Source of the DNA: Macrostomum lignano
Lineage: Eukaryota
Direction of reading: 5' to 3'
Assembly (NCBI GenBank): GCA_002269645.1
Contig: NIVC01001079.1
Span: 62,001 to 126,000, forward strand
Length of the DNA stretch: 64,000 nt
This document shows positions 12,919 through 34,128 of this stretch, piece by piece. Below the pieces are notes generated by a model. That model searched no databases. It was not told where the DNA came from and saw nothing but the letters and a program-made list of their open reading frames with translations. Position 1 is the first letter of the stretch; each line of letters begins with the position of its first letter. The position numbers and the translations under genes were made by a program.

Positions 12919-15900
12919 CAACAGCAGCACTTCTCTTATCAGTGAGTTCTGTACTTCCGCAATTTCCTGTTTCTATTAAAATAGCGAGATACAACTGAGT
13001 CTTTTTTTAAAGAATTTAATAATATTTTGGAATCTCTTCAATAATTGCTTATCAGATTTTAATATCGTTTCTAAGAATTGGGTGAAACTTCTATAATCTA
13101 GTTTTGAAATCTAGTTTCAGGGTATTAGGTAAACTTTGAGATGTATTTTCTAATGACGTAGGGGTTACTTCTGCCTTCTGGAATAAATTCTACGGCTGAC
13201 ACCAAGCTTTCGCAGGGATTTTTCCTGTATTATGAGAAATCCCACCCGGTTAGCCACTAAGCCTAACAAGTGTACAAGCTGTGATTCCTTCTCTCTGAAA
13301 TCTCTCTCTCAAAGAACTGCGACAACGGAAACGAATTATTTGATCTGGCTCTCAGTTGGCTCCTATTTATAGTAAAAATTTTCCTAACTATTTTAAACAA
13401 AACAAGATATACAAAATATTTCAAAATATTCGTTCGGTATAACAAAAAATAAAGCTTTGCAATTATAGGTTTCTAAGAAAGTTTGCCTACTAAAAGCGAA
13501 GCCTATTACACTTAGAAAAGCAATGCGTTTTAGAATCTATTTCCTAAAAGTTTGTGAGATGTTTATAGTATAGTTTCTTAGAAATGCAAGATTTTTGGAA
13601 TCTACACGTAGTTTCTAGGAATCGCGTAAGCTGTTTGTAATCTAGTTTCTAAGAATCGCGTAAGCTGTTTGTAATCTAGTTTCTAGGAATCGCGTAAGCT
13701 GTTTGTAATCCAGTTTCTAAGAATCGCGTTAGCAGTTTGTAATCTAGTTTCTAAGAATCACGTTAGCTGTTTGTAATCCAGTTTCTAAGAAACGCGTTAG
13801 CAGTTTGTAATCTAGTTTCTAAGAATCGCGTTAGCAGTTTGTAATCTAGTTTCTAAGAATCGCGTTAGCTGTTTGTAATCTAGTTTCTAAGAATCGCGTT
13901 AGCTGTTTGTAATCTAGTTTCTAAGAATCACGTTAGCTGTTTGTAATCTAGTTTCTAAGAATCGCGTTAGCAGTTTGTAATCTAGTTTCTAAGAATCACG
14001 TTAGCTGTTTGTAATCCAGTTTCTAAGAATCGCGTTAGCAGTTTGTAATCTAGTTTCTAAGAATCGCGTTAGCTGTTTGTAATCTAGTTTCTAAGAAGAA
14101 AAACAATATTTTTTGCAATCCCACCTAAGAATCGAGTTATTGCGATTTATTGTTTCTAAGAAACAAGTAATTCGAGAAGACCTCAAAGTTCAAAACTATT
14201 TGAAACTGTACACGTATCTCCGCCAGAACCCCAGCTGGATCGGCGACAGCGGTTGGTTTTACCGATATCAAGATGCCGTCGATGCCGTCGCGGCAGCGAC
14301 TGCTGTTCAGAAATCGCTCCAGCATGTTGATGTGCGGCGTCTGCCAGACTGGCATCGACAACTTGGCCGCTCACCTGCTGACGGTGCTGCGCAGCCTGAA
14401 GCCGCCTGCCGATCAGCGAAGCCGCAACCGGGTGGTCAGCGGCACCACCCGCTCCGCCCTGGCTGAGTACCGCAGGTCGCACGTGTCCCAACTCATTGGC
14501 GATTGCGTCTCAACTCGTATCGAACGGTACAACATCATGCGCACAGTGTTCATGTGCCCCGCATGCCAGCTGCACTTCCATTCGCCCAGCTCGTTCTACA
14601 CCTACTTCTTTAATCACCTGGCCAGGAATTACAGGTGAGACTAATTTGGGAGGTCTTGAAGCTTAAATTTGCTTATTCTCTGCTCCCCTCCTCTGCTTAG
14701 ATGCTCAAATCTGCGTCTCAGATGTTTGAATGCTTGAATCTACCTCTCAGATGTTTGAATCTTTCTCTCAGATGCTTGAATCTACCTCTCAGATGTTTGA
14801 ATCTACCTCACAGATGTTTGAATCTGCCTTTCAGATGCTTAAATCTACCTCTCAGATGTTTGAATCTACCTCTCAGATGTTTGAATCTGCCTTTCAGATG
14901 CTTAAATCTACCTCTCAGATGTTTGAATCTGCCTCTCAGATGTTTGAATCTACCTCTCAGATGTTTGAATCTGCCTCTCAGATGCTTGAATCTGCCTCTC
15001 AGATGTTTGAATCTACCTCTCAGATGTTTGAATCTGCCTCTCAGATGCTTGAATCTGCCTCTCAGATGTTTGAATCTGCCTCTCAGATGCTTGAATCTGC
15101 CTCTCAGATGTTTGAATCTGCCTCTCAGATGCTTGAATCTACCTCTCAGATGTTTGAATCTTTCTCTCAGATGTTTGAATCTGCCTCTCAGATGTTTGAA
15201 TCTGCCTCTCAGATGCTTGAATCTGCCTCTCAGATGCTTGAATCTGCCTCTCAGATGTTTGAATCTGCCTTTCAGATGCTTGAATCTACCTCTCAAATGC
15301 TTGAATCTACCTCTCAGATGCTTGAATCTGCCTCTCAGATGTTTGAATCTGCCTCTCAGATGCTTGAATCTGCCTCTCAGATGTTTGAATCTGCCTCTCA
15401 GATGCTTGAATCTGCCTCTCAGATGTTTGAATCTGCCTCTCAGATGCTTGAATCTGCCTCTCAGATGCTTGAATCTGCCTCTCAGATGTTTGAATCTGCC
15501 TCTCAGATGCTTGAATCTGCCTCTCAGATGTTTGAATCTACCTCTCAGATGCTTGAATCTTCCTCTCAGATGTTTGAATCTTCCTCTCAGGTGCTTGAAT
15601 CTTCCTCTCAGATGCTTGAATCTGCCTCTCAGATGTTTGAATCTACCTCTCAGATGTTTGAATCTGCCTCTCAGATGCTTGAATCTTCCTCTCAGATGTT
15701 TGAATCTTCCTCTCAGGTGCTTGAATCTTCCTCTCAGATGCTTGAATCTGCCTCTCAGATGTTTGAATCTACCTCTCAGATGTTTGAATCTGCCTCTCAG
15801 ATGCTTGAATCTGCCTCTCAGATGCTTGAATCTGCCTCTCAGATGCTTGAATCTGCCTCTCAGATGCTTGAATTTGCCTCAGATGCTTGAATCTGCCTCT

Positions 15901-17515
15901 CAGATGTTTGAATCTGCCTCTCAGATGCTTGAATCTGCCTCTCAGATGCTTGAATCTGCCTCTCAGATGTTTGAATCTGCCTCTCAGATGCTTGAATCTG
16001 CCTCTCAGATGCTTGAATCTTCCTCTCTGCTCCACCTATTAGCCAGTCCATCCGCGTCCCCCCTGGCCCCCATAGGGAGGACCAGCCCGAGCAGGCCCAC
16101 ACAATCTTGATGCACCGAATTGTCGCGTTGCTGATCGACTACGTCGCCGATCGGGTGAGCATCGACGAGGTCGAGCAATTTTTTTTCGGCGGCGGCAACA
16201 AAACCGGCGACTGCGGCTTCTTCTGCGACGCCGGCGGCCTGGAGCTCCGGCACGTTCGCAACGGCACCGGCATCTGCGTCGGGCAGCAGCGGATCACCGA
16301 CTTCGCCGTCGACTGGATCGCTCCGGCCGGATTTTCCACAGATGGTCTGACGGCCGCCGCCTCCGTCTGGCGTTCGAGATCTTCGTCCACCACCTCCCTC
16401 GTCGTGCCCGACTCGCCGACGGCCACCGACGCGACGATCATAGTGCCGAATAATGCCGACGTCGTCTGCCAGTACTGCGGCGCCGGATTCAGCGGCCGAC
16501 ATCACCTGTCGGCGCTGCACAATCACCTGCTGCGCGCCCTGTTCCTTGGCTCCTGCGAGGAGGAGGCCGGTGACCTGCCAGGTGCTGCAGAGACTTCCCA
16601 GCGGCGGCATCGACTGTGCTGGTCGGCTTTCGCGCCTGCGGCACGGCCCGCCAGGTATGTTGGCTTTTTATTGATACCTGTGTCTACTGCCCCAGACTGT
16701 ACACTCCCTCAATCGATATCTGGTTCCCTTACCCCAGAGTGTTCACTCCCTCGATCGATATCTGTTTCCCTTACCCCAGAGTGTACACTCCCTCGATCGA
16801 TATCTGTTTCCCTTACCCCAGAGTGTACACTCCCTCGATCGATATCTGTTTCCCTTACCCCAGAGTGTACACTCCCTCGATCGATATCTGTTTCCCTTAC
16901 CCCAGAGTGTACACTCCCTCGGTTGATAGCTGGTTCCCTTACCCCAGAGTGTACACTCCCTCAATCGATATCTGTTTCCCTTACCCCAGAGTGTACACTT
17001 CCTCGATCGATATCTGTTTCCCTTACCCCAGAGTGTACACTCTGTCGATCGATATCTGTTTCCCTTACCCCAGAGTGTACACTCCGTCGATCGATATCTG
17101 TTTCCCTTACCCCAGAGTGTACACTCCGTCGATCGATTTCTGTTTCCCTTACCCCAGAGTGTACACTCCGTCGATCGATATCTGTTTCCCTTACCCCAGA
17201 GTGTACATCCTAGAATACATTCGATCTCTAACCCCTCTCAGATGCACCGCCTGCGGCAAAATCTGTGGCAGCCTTGAGCTTCTAGCTGAACATATTGGCG
17301 ACAAAATCCTGTCGACCGGGTCGGCTTCTCACCACGCGGTGGCTGAGGACATCGCCGAGATGCTTATGGACGTGGCCACCGGCCGTGCTGCTCACGAGCG
17401 GGCGTGCGGCTACATGGAGAATTTCCTGCTGCTCAACGACAAATCCGTCGACGGCTGCGACGACGACGACGAATTTCCGGCTTCCGCTTCGGCGATTTCC
17501 ACGAAACCTGTGTGA
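12202..17515 (+). CDS. Orphan protein with multiple atypical CxxC...H zinc-finger-like motifs, 677 aa, 4 exons
   Basis: Exons 12202-12941, 14227-14634, 16043-16654 and 17242-17515 join in frame (all introns phase 2, GT-AG; total 2034 nt). Motifs: CPVC..EDHI, CRLC..AHHL, CGVC..AAHL, CPAC..FNHL, CQYC..HNHL, CTAC..AEHI. Basic HRKRKSRRH patch plus polyA and polyQ tracts. Confidence 0.82.
13605..14097. repeat. 34-bp minisatellite (TCTAGTTTCTAAGAATCGCGTTAGCTGTTTGTAA), intron 1
   Basis: Tandem copies. Confidence 0.95.
14698..16025. repeat. 21-bp minisatellite (CTCAGATGCTTGAATCTGCCT), intron 2
   Basis: About 60 copies. It explains the 469-aa and 386-aa heptad ORFs. Confidence 0.96.
16690..17207. 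repeat. 42-bp minisatellite (CCAGAGTGTACACTCCCTCGATCGATATCTGTTTCCCTTACC), intron 3
   Basis: About 12 copies. Confidence 0.96.
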
Positions 17516-17977
17516 AAAAGTTCAAAAACAAAATCCGAAAAATTGCTTTGACATCTTTTTTGTCATGAACCGCTGATATTTACTGATGCCAACACTTCCA
17601 ATTTATGAAACTGGCGAGTTAGCAATAAATTTTTGTCTGTTTCTAAGAAATCTACGGCGAATTCTTATTTCCGCTAATTATTTTATAGCTAATATTTTAT
17701 GCGAGGATAATTATCATGCATGATTATCGCCGTAAATGGATGGAAATTACGGGCTTTAGATGGGCTACCGCTACTCAGAAAATTTGCGTGTAAGCTACTT
17801 TGAGTTCAGTAGTTATTTAAACGAAAGCATTTTAATGTATTTTAAGACAAAACTCGTTTATAAACTCTTTATTCCACATAAATCCTCTACCCACGCCCCG
17901 CCGCCCAACTTTTATTGCCTTCCTCGGTGTACCAACCTTCAATGGCGCTGGCTAATGTACATTATTAGCTGGATCAA

Positions 17978-18011
17978 CTAGCAATCTAGTGCGGCCCCCC
18001 TTCGGGGCGCC
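17978..18011 (-). mobile_element. Possible Helitron 3' terminus
   Basis: Minus strand reads GC-rich hairpin GCGCCCCGAAGGGGGGCCGC, then about 10 nt, then CTAG|T. The 5' end was not identified. Confidence 0.4.
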
Positions 18012-20284
18012 CAATAAGCAAGGAGCATTAAACACCAATTCCTTCTTCACTTTAAAAATCACCTTATTCATGTAAAATTGTCACGGACAATGATATTTGC
18101 TATGAATCTCTTTTTTTCTAAAATCAACAAACAGACAACAAAATATAGCTTTCACAGAGATAACAGACATTCCCGCTAAATAGAAAATATTCCCAAGACA
18201 GCAAGCATCCCCCAGATATTGTTAAAGCATACACCTAGATAGCTAGCGATGATTGTATTGCCAAAAATAATTGGGAAATTAGTTTAATTCGATCATAGCT
18301 GCAGATCTTTTGAAGAAAATGAAACTCGACTTTATAAAAGATAGAAAATTCAATATCGTCAATGTAGATATTCTCTAAAATTTTAAGTGTTGCGTCATTA
18401 GTGGCTTTTACAGTTTGCAGGTAGAAAATAATTTTTGTTTTGATGTGTAATTTTTTTTCAAATCTGGTTATTGTCTCACTATTGGCTCATTATACTTATT
18501 TGCAGCGACAGTTTTGGTGCTTGGTTCTATTTTAATCAAATCTTCCTTTTGAAGTCTTCGTTGGTTTTGTTTGTAAGGCAAATTTTTTTTAGAAATTTTG
18601 TAAATTTAAAATCTATTGGTACTACTCGAATTATATTTATTTACATGTACATGTAAGTAGTGCTTGGCAAATTGAAAGAAAATTTTTACTTGTCAAACAA
18701 TTTTTGTGTTAATTTCCGATTTATCTGACTTTACACCTGTAGTTTTCGCTTGTTGTTTTAAATACGTAATTTTTACTATTTTTTGTTTAAATGCACTACA
18801 ATCGATATTAAAGAGTTAATTGCTTTATTAAATAAACCTGACGACGAAAATTTTAGACTTGGCAAAAAAACATTTTTTAAAGAATTTTTAAGACCAATAA
18901 TTTTACTTTTAAGAGAGTGAAATGTTTGTGGTTTATTTATTTCTTGGACAAATATCTGAGGGGAGCGGCTGCACTTTGCCGGTTCAATTTTAAACACTTA
19001 TTTCAGGTTTTTCATTTGTTCTCGGTAATTCATTTGGTCGCTTCAGACTTCGAATGATAAGTGTTGTGAATTATAAAAAAAATTGGTGTGGATATGGGAT
19101 TAGTAGCATGCATTAGTAGTATTGATAATGCAGTGACAATATAAGTAAATTTACGAAGCACAATTAATGAAAAGCGGAATAAATAATATTATGAAAATTA
19201 AACATTAAAAAGCGACTTATCTGAAATAAATATTAGTTGGAAAAATTGATCGCTAATTTCAATTGAAGCGAACGAATTAAAATGATAAAAACAGCAAATT
19301 CTTGTAGTAGTAATAAAGCAAATTTAATTGAAAATTGAAATAAAATTGTACCAACTAGTGCTGGCTACTACTAGTAAAGCCATAAGCATGGAAATTCTTG
19401 GCAATATGGTATTTTTTGGAGAAATATTGAAAAATAAATTACTTTAAGTTCATGCAATACTAGTTATTAGTGAATTTGGCAAAGTAACAATAAGTAGTAA
19501 TAGTATGTAGTGAGCGCATTAAATCATTGATTAAATATGAAATTATTGTAGCAACAATCAATAAATTTTTTTATGCAATTTCTTCCGATTCAAAAGGCAC
19601 ATTTTTTAATTACTTTTTTACACATTTTAATAATTTTTAGCGTAAAATGGATTGGAAAGAATCACATTTTGACAAGGAGGTAAAAGGTATTGCAGCGTCC
19701 CTCGAACAGAAATTTAGCGAATGAGTTTTAGCGCATTTAGGTTGTGGGAATAAATAAAAAATAACACAAAAGTTGCTTGTGGACATAAAAGAAATAAACG
19801 CGGCGTGCTGCTCCACAGACTCGTTCATAAATATAGGAAAATAACTTCAATGCAGACTTCTGTGCAAGCGAGTGGGCGGCGTACGGTTATCGCGTCTTTG
19901 TTTTAACGAGATAGCTATTCAACTACAATTATAAGCACAAAGACTTGCCTTTGTACATCCGGGATGTCGTGGTTTATCAAAATGTTCAACGAAAAAAAAA
20001 CTGTTATTATTTAAACTAAAAGTCGAACCAAATATTATATAAATAGGAAAGTTCAAACACGAAAAGAAAAACAATAGATAAGATTAACAAAAAGTATAAC
20101 AAAATGAACACACCGATGCATCGGTCCGCTTAATGCAGCGACACTTTAACAGAAATAGAGCAAGAAATAAGCGAAATAAAACCGACTTCATCAAGTTTTA
20201 AATAAGAACGAAGCGACGGCAAAATAAAAAAGTAAAAATAAAGCGAAACACGGCCGACTTTTTTCACACCTCAAATTGTCGACA

Positions 20285-28816
<8,532 letters not shown>

Positions 28817-29184
28817 GCGGGCTGCAGTTGTTGGTGGCCGCTATGGCTGATACACAAATGCAATAATTAACTGTGTGCGCCCAGTTCACGAGCGGACTGG
28901 AAATTTTTATAACTAAAATCTGCCCTCCGAACCCCCCCCCCCCAAATAGACTGAGTGGGGCTGGCCTTATCTGTCCTCCGCGCGCGAATTCATTGGCTTT
29001 TGGCTTTGTGAACTGCACGCAGGCGTAGGGGGGGGGGGGGTTGGGCGCATGGGTTAGCTAACTTTAGGGGGCTGCCTAGTTAACCAGCAATCTGCAGATT
29101 AGGATAGTTGGGCTTCTTGCATGGTCGCTTTTTCATTAGCTCCCGTGATTCTACATCTTGACTTTGAGAATGTGTACATGTAAA

Positions 29185-30332
29185 AATCGAGCTTGTGAAG
29201 ATTCGAGCTTGTGAAGATTCGAGCTTGCTTGTGAAGATTCGAGCTTGTGAAGATTCGAGCTTGCTTGTGAAGATTCGAGCTTGTGAAGATTCGAGCTTGC
29301 TTGTGAAGATTCGAGCTTGTGAAGATTCGAGCTTGTGAATTTTCGAGATTGTGAAGATTCGAGCTTGTGAATTATCAAGCTTGTGGATTATCAAGCTTGT
29401 GGATTATCAAGCTTGTGGATTATCAAGCTTGTGGATTATCAAGCTTGTGGATTATCAAGCTTGTGGATTGTCAAGCTTGTGGATTATCAAGCTTGCGGAT
29501 TATCAAGCTTGTGGATTGTCAAGCTTGTGGATTATCAAGCTTGTGGATTGTCAAGCTTGTGGATTGTCAAGCTTGTGGATTGTCAAGCTTGTGGATTGTC
29601 AAGCTTGTGGATTGTCAAGCTTGTGGATTATCAAGCTTGTGGATTGTCAAGCTTGTGGATTGTCAAGCTTGTGGATTGTCAAGCTTGTGGATTGTCAAGC
29701 TTGTGGATTGTCAAGCTTGTGGATTATCAAGCTTGTGGATTGTCAAGCTTGTGAATTATCAAGATTGTGAATCATCGAGCTTGTGAATTAGCGAGCTTGT
29801 GAAGATTCGAGCTTATGAACTATCAAGCTTGTGAATTATCAAGCTTGTGAAGATTCGAGTTTGTGAATTATCAAGCTTGTGAATTATCAAGCTTGTGAAG
29901 ATTCGAGTTTGTGAATTATCAAGCTTGTGAATTATCAAGCTTGTGAATTATCAAGCTTGTGAATGATCAAGGCTTGTGAATTATCAAAATTGTGAAGATT
30001 CGAGCTTGTGAATTATCAAGATTTTGGATTGTCAAGCTTGTGAATTATCAGGGCTTGTGAATTATCAAGCTTGTGAATGATCAAGGCTTGTGAATTATCA
30101 AACTTGGGAAGATTCGGGTTTGTGAACTATCAAGATTGTGAAGATTCGGGTTTGTGAGTTATCAAGATTGTGAGTTATCAATATTGTGAATTATCAAGCT
30201 TGTGAAGACTCGAGCTTGTGAATTATCAAGCTTGTGAAGACTCGAGCTTGTGAATTATCAAGCTTGTGAAGACTCGAGCTTGTGAATTATCAAGCTTGTG
30301 AAGACTCGAGCTTGTGAATTATCAAGCTTGTG
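29185..30332. repeat. 16-bp minisatellite block (TCAAGCTTGTGGATTR / TCAAGCTTGTGAATTA / TCGAGCTTGTGAAGAT variants)
   Basis: Tandem copies upstream of the RRM gene. Confidence 0.95.
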
Positions 30333-30984
30333 AAATGGACTACGAAATTCTACATCAACTGTTATATTCGATAACAAATATAACTAGAATTGGAATTGGT
30401 AAGAGCCAAGAATACGAAGTCACATTGGAAAAAATTGAAGATACGCCTTTGCTGGCGAGGTTTCGGTTAAAAATTCAGCCCCATTATCGTACGAAGCTCG
30501 CTAAAGCGGTCTCTCAATGCACAGATAAGATATGGAGCTGCTGAGGTATTCAGTAGGATCACAACTGTCGAATGCTATAGATTAGCTCAGTGCACATTGC
30601 CAATTAAGGTACACACAAAGATCAGAAGGTTGCTTCTTCAAGTCTTACTAATATTAAAAAGTTAAAAGCCATTGAAAGTTAGTATTCGAAATTTCTGCTT
30701 TAAGTTGCGCCTCGATCTGCAGAAAATGCAGTGGCGTATTAATTCCATTTATAACCGTACAGGACCTAGAAAGCTTGCATACGCGGTGACAAGGGTGAAA
30801 CTTCATGAAACAGGGAGGCCCTCGGAGCCTCTACAACCTCTAGGTTCAAAGTTCTAACCATTGCGCAGATTTTTCAATTTAACTTCAAATTTTATCAAAA
30901 TGTAAATTTGTTGCCGATTTTGTTACTTTCATGTAAGACGAAGCTTTGCCTAATTGACTGCTGTTAGTGTTATCTGACAGTGAG

Positions 30985-31350
30985 TGAAGGGCACGCGATT
31001 CTCACAGTAGGTGAAGGGAGATTCTCATAGTTGGGTGAAGAGCGATTATCACAGTGGGTGAAGGGCGATTCTCACAGTTGGGTGAAGGACGATTTTACAG
31101 TAGTTGAAGGGAGATTCTCACAGTTGGGTGAAGGGAGATTCTCACAGTTTGGTGAAGGGAGATTCTCACAGTTGGGTGAAGGGCGATTCTCACAGTGGGT
31201 GAAGGGCGATTCTCACAGTTGGGTGAAAGGCGATTCTCACAGTGGGTGAAGGGCGATTCTCACAGTGAGTGAAGTGCGATTCTCAGAGTGGGTGAAGGGC
31301 GATTCTCACGGGTGAAGGGCGATTCTCACAGTTGGGTGAACAGCGATTTC
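30985..31350. repeat. 23-24-bp minisatellite (GGGTGAAGGGCGATTCTCACAGT)
   Basis: Tandem copies. Confidence 0.92.
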
Positions 31351-31749
31351 CACCAACGTGCTAACTTACCCAAGCAGTCCATCACTGTGCGCTGATCAAG
31401 GGAGACAATTCCTTTTCAACGTCGTAGCTGACTTCAATTGTTTGTACAAACTCAACACTTTGATTCAGTTGCTAATTATTTTAGTAATTTTAATTAGCAT
31501 AATTAATCGAACTCTTTTTCTAAAAAGTTAATGTCACTAAAATTTCACTTCCTCTCAATAAGACTTCTTAATCTAAAGAACGTTACAAGCCGGATTGTCT
31601 TATCAAGCGAAGCTTACTTTGTAAGGGTTTTTAAAGACATGCTGTGGGCTGTAGAAGGGTCTGGGCCATAGACAACGAGAGTTGAAATTAAAAGTAGCTG
31701 GAATCACAGATAACTTTAAAAATTACTGTGTAAAGTCGTTTTTGGTGAG

Positions 31750-32580
31750 CGCCCCCGTCTCTTGGTGGGCGGCCCTGTCTCTTGGTGGGCGGCCCTGTCT
31801 CTTGGTGGGCGCCCTTGTCTTTTCGTGGGGCCCCTGTCTCTTGGTGGGCGCCCTTGTCTTTTGGTGGGCGCCCTTGTCTCTTGGTGGGCGGCCCTGTCTT
31901 TTGGTAGGGCCCCTGTCTCTTGGTGGGCGCCCCTGTCTCTTGGTGGACGCCCTTGTCTTTTGGTAGGGCCCCTGTCTCTTGGTGGGCGGGCGCCTGTCTC
32001 TTGGTGGGCGCGCCCCTGTCTCTTGGTGGGCGCCTCATCTCTTGGTGGGCGCCCCTGTCTCTTGGTGGGCGCCCTTGTCTTTTGGTAGGGCCCCTGTCTC
32101 TTGGTGGGCGGGCGCCTGTCTCTTGGTGGGCGCGCCCCTGTCTCTTGGTGGGCGCCTCATCTCTTGGTGGACGCCCCTGTCTCTAGGTGGGCGCCCCTGT
32201 CTCTTGGTGGACGCCCTTGTCTTTTGGTAGGCCCCCCGTCTCTTGGTGGGCGCCTCATCTTTTGGTGGGGCCCCTGTCTCTTGGTGGGCGCCTCATCTTT
32301 TGGTGGGCGCCCTTGTCTTTTGGTAGGGCCCCTGTCTCTTGGTGGGCGGGCGCCTGTCTCTTGGTGGTCGGCACCCCTGTCTCTTGGTGGGCGCCCTTGT
32401 CTTTTGGTAGGGCCCCTGTCTCTTGGTGGGCGCACTTGTCTTTTGGTGGGCGCCCCTGTCTCTTGGTGGGAGCCCCTGTCTATTGGTGGGGCCCCTGTCT
32501 CTTGGTGGGCGCCCTTGTCTTTTGGTGGGGCCCCTGTCTCTTCGTGGGCGCCCCTGTCTCTTGGTGGGCGCCCTTGTCTT
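31750..32580. repeat. ~20-bp GC-rich minisatellite (CCCCTGTCTCTTGGTGGGCG)
   Basis: Tandem copies. It explains the overlapping ORFs at 31.7-32.7 kb. Confidence 0.94.
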
Positions 32581-33559
32581 GTTGCCCCTCTGATGTAGTG
32601 CAAAAAATAACTGAAAAGCAAAACCATCCACCAAAAATCGGCATTATTTGGAATGCTGCTCAACTTCAATTTAGTCAGTCGGATTAACAACTGAAGTTTA
32701 ATAGCTCTTGGTACCTTCTGACCATGGCCAACCAGTTGATGCAGTTATCTACATGCATACTGCAGGTTGCATCAGTTAAGTCTAATTTGTTATCTCAATT
32801 TTTGTAAGAGAGGCGCACACAAGTGTTATCTTATCGTCCAAATTACTGCAATTATTACGAGCTAGGGTAAACTCTAAAGAGGCCGCCCAGCATTCAATTG
32901 TTTGTTTATTCGGGCGATAGAAATTTTCTAGCAAACAATAATTAGGATCTGTGAATGTGCCATCGGTCACGTGACTTTGGCAGTTGGTCATGGCGTGCAT
33001 TGTTTTTGTGTAAATATTCTGCGCGTAAGTCAAGTCAGAAAGGAAAATTTATTAAAATACAAACAGACACCAACAATACAGATAAAGACACGGGCTGACG
33101 GACACAGACAGACAGGCAGACAGACAGACAGACAGACACAGACAGACAGACACACAGACATACAGAAAGACACACAGACATACAGAAAGACACACAGACA
33201 GACAGACAGACAGACAGACAAGCATTTGCACAATGAAAAGAGTATTAACAAAGTCACACTAGTACTGCAGACCCAATTGGCAATATAATTACAAGTCGTA
33301 TTTTAAGTAACTAAAATAATGTGTATTATTTGTGAGTAAAAATATGATTTCACTTACACATTAGCATGCTTTAGACAAACAGGAAACATCTTTAAACAGA
33401 TTCAGTCGGAATTTTTTAGAAGAAAATGTTGCAGCAATACTGAGAATGAGCGAAAATAACAAATAAAATATGTTAAATACCGCAGTTGCTACTAATATTA
33501 GATAGGTTTACAGGTTAAATACCTAAAATGGACATACATTTAAAATGCAATGCAGATTC

Positions 33560-34075
33560 TTAGGGGGATTCTTGTGGTGATTAAAGGGTGATTCTCAGGG
33601 GGTGTTTAAAGGGCGATTCTCAGGGTGTTTAAAGGGCGATTCTTAGGGTGACTAAATGGCCATTCTCACGGTGATTAAAGGGCAATTTTTAGGGTAATTA
33701 AAGGGCAATTATCAGGGTGATTAGGGGGGATTCCCATGGTGATTTTCAGTATAATTCTCAGGGTGATTAAAGGGCGATTCTCAGGGTGATTAAAGGGCGA
33801 TTCTCACGGTGATTAAAGGGCGATTTTTAGGGTAATTAAAGGGCGATTATCAGGGTGATTAGAGGGGATTCCCATGCTGATTTTCAGTATAATTCTCAGG
33901 GTGATTATTAGAGTGATTAAAGAGCGATTCTCTAGGTAATAGAAGGGTGATTCTCAGGGTGATTAAAGGGCGATTTTCAGGGTGATTAAAAGACAATTCT
34001 TAAGGCGATCAAAAGGCGATTTTCAGGGTGATTCTCAGAGGGATTAAAGGGCGATTTTCAGGGCGATTCTCAGGG
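33560..34075. repeat. 23-bp degenerate minisatellite (AAAGGGCGATTCTCAGGGTGATT)
   Basis: Tandem copies just 3' of MITD1. Confidence 0.9.
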
Positions 34076-34128
34076 AAATTCGCAACACAGCTTTAGCCTC
34101 TCAAATCAAGTCCCAATCCCCCTGTCTC

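Noticed and set aside
14701-16110. 469-aa and 386-aa ORFs with heptad repeats
   Set aside because: They are translations of a 21-bp intronic minisatellite. The flanking exons splice in frame without them.
28930-29045. C11 and G14 homopolymer runs upstream of the RRM gene
   Set aside because: G-quadruplex potential is speculative, and homopolymer lengths are error-prone in assemblies.
32782-33033. ORF with faint retrotransposon gag-like segment (IECWAASLEFTLARNNCSNLDDKITLVCASL)
   Set aside because: Too short, with no LTR or pol nearby. It needs an HMM search.
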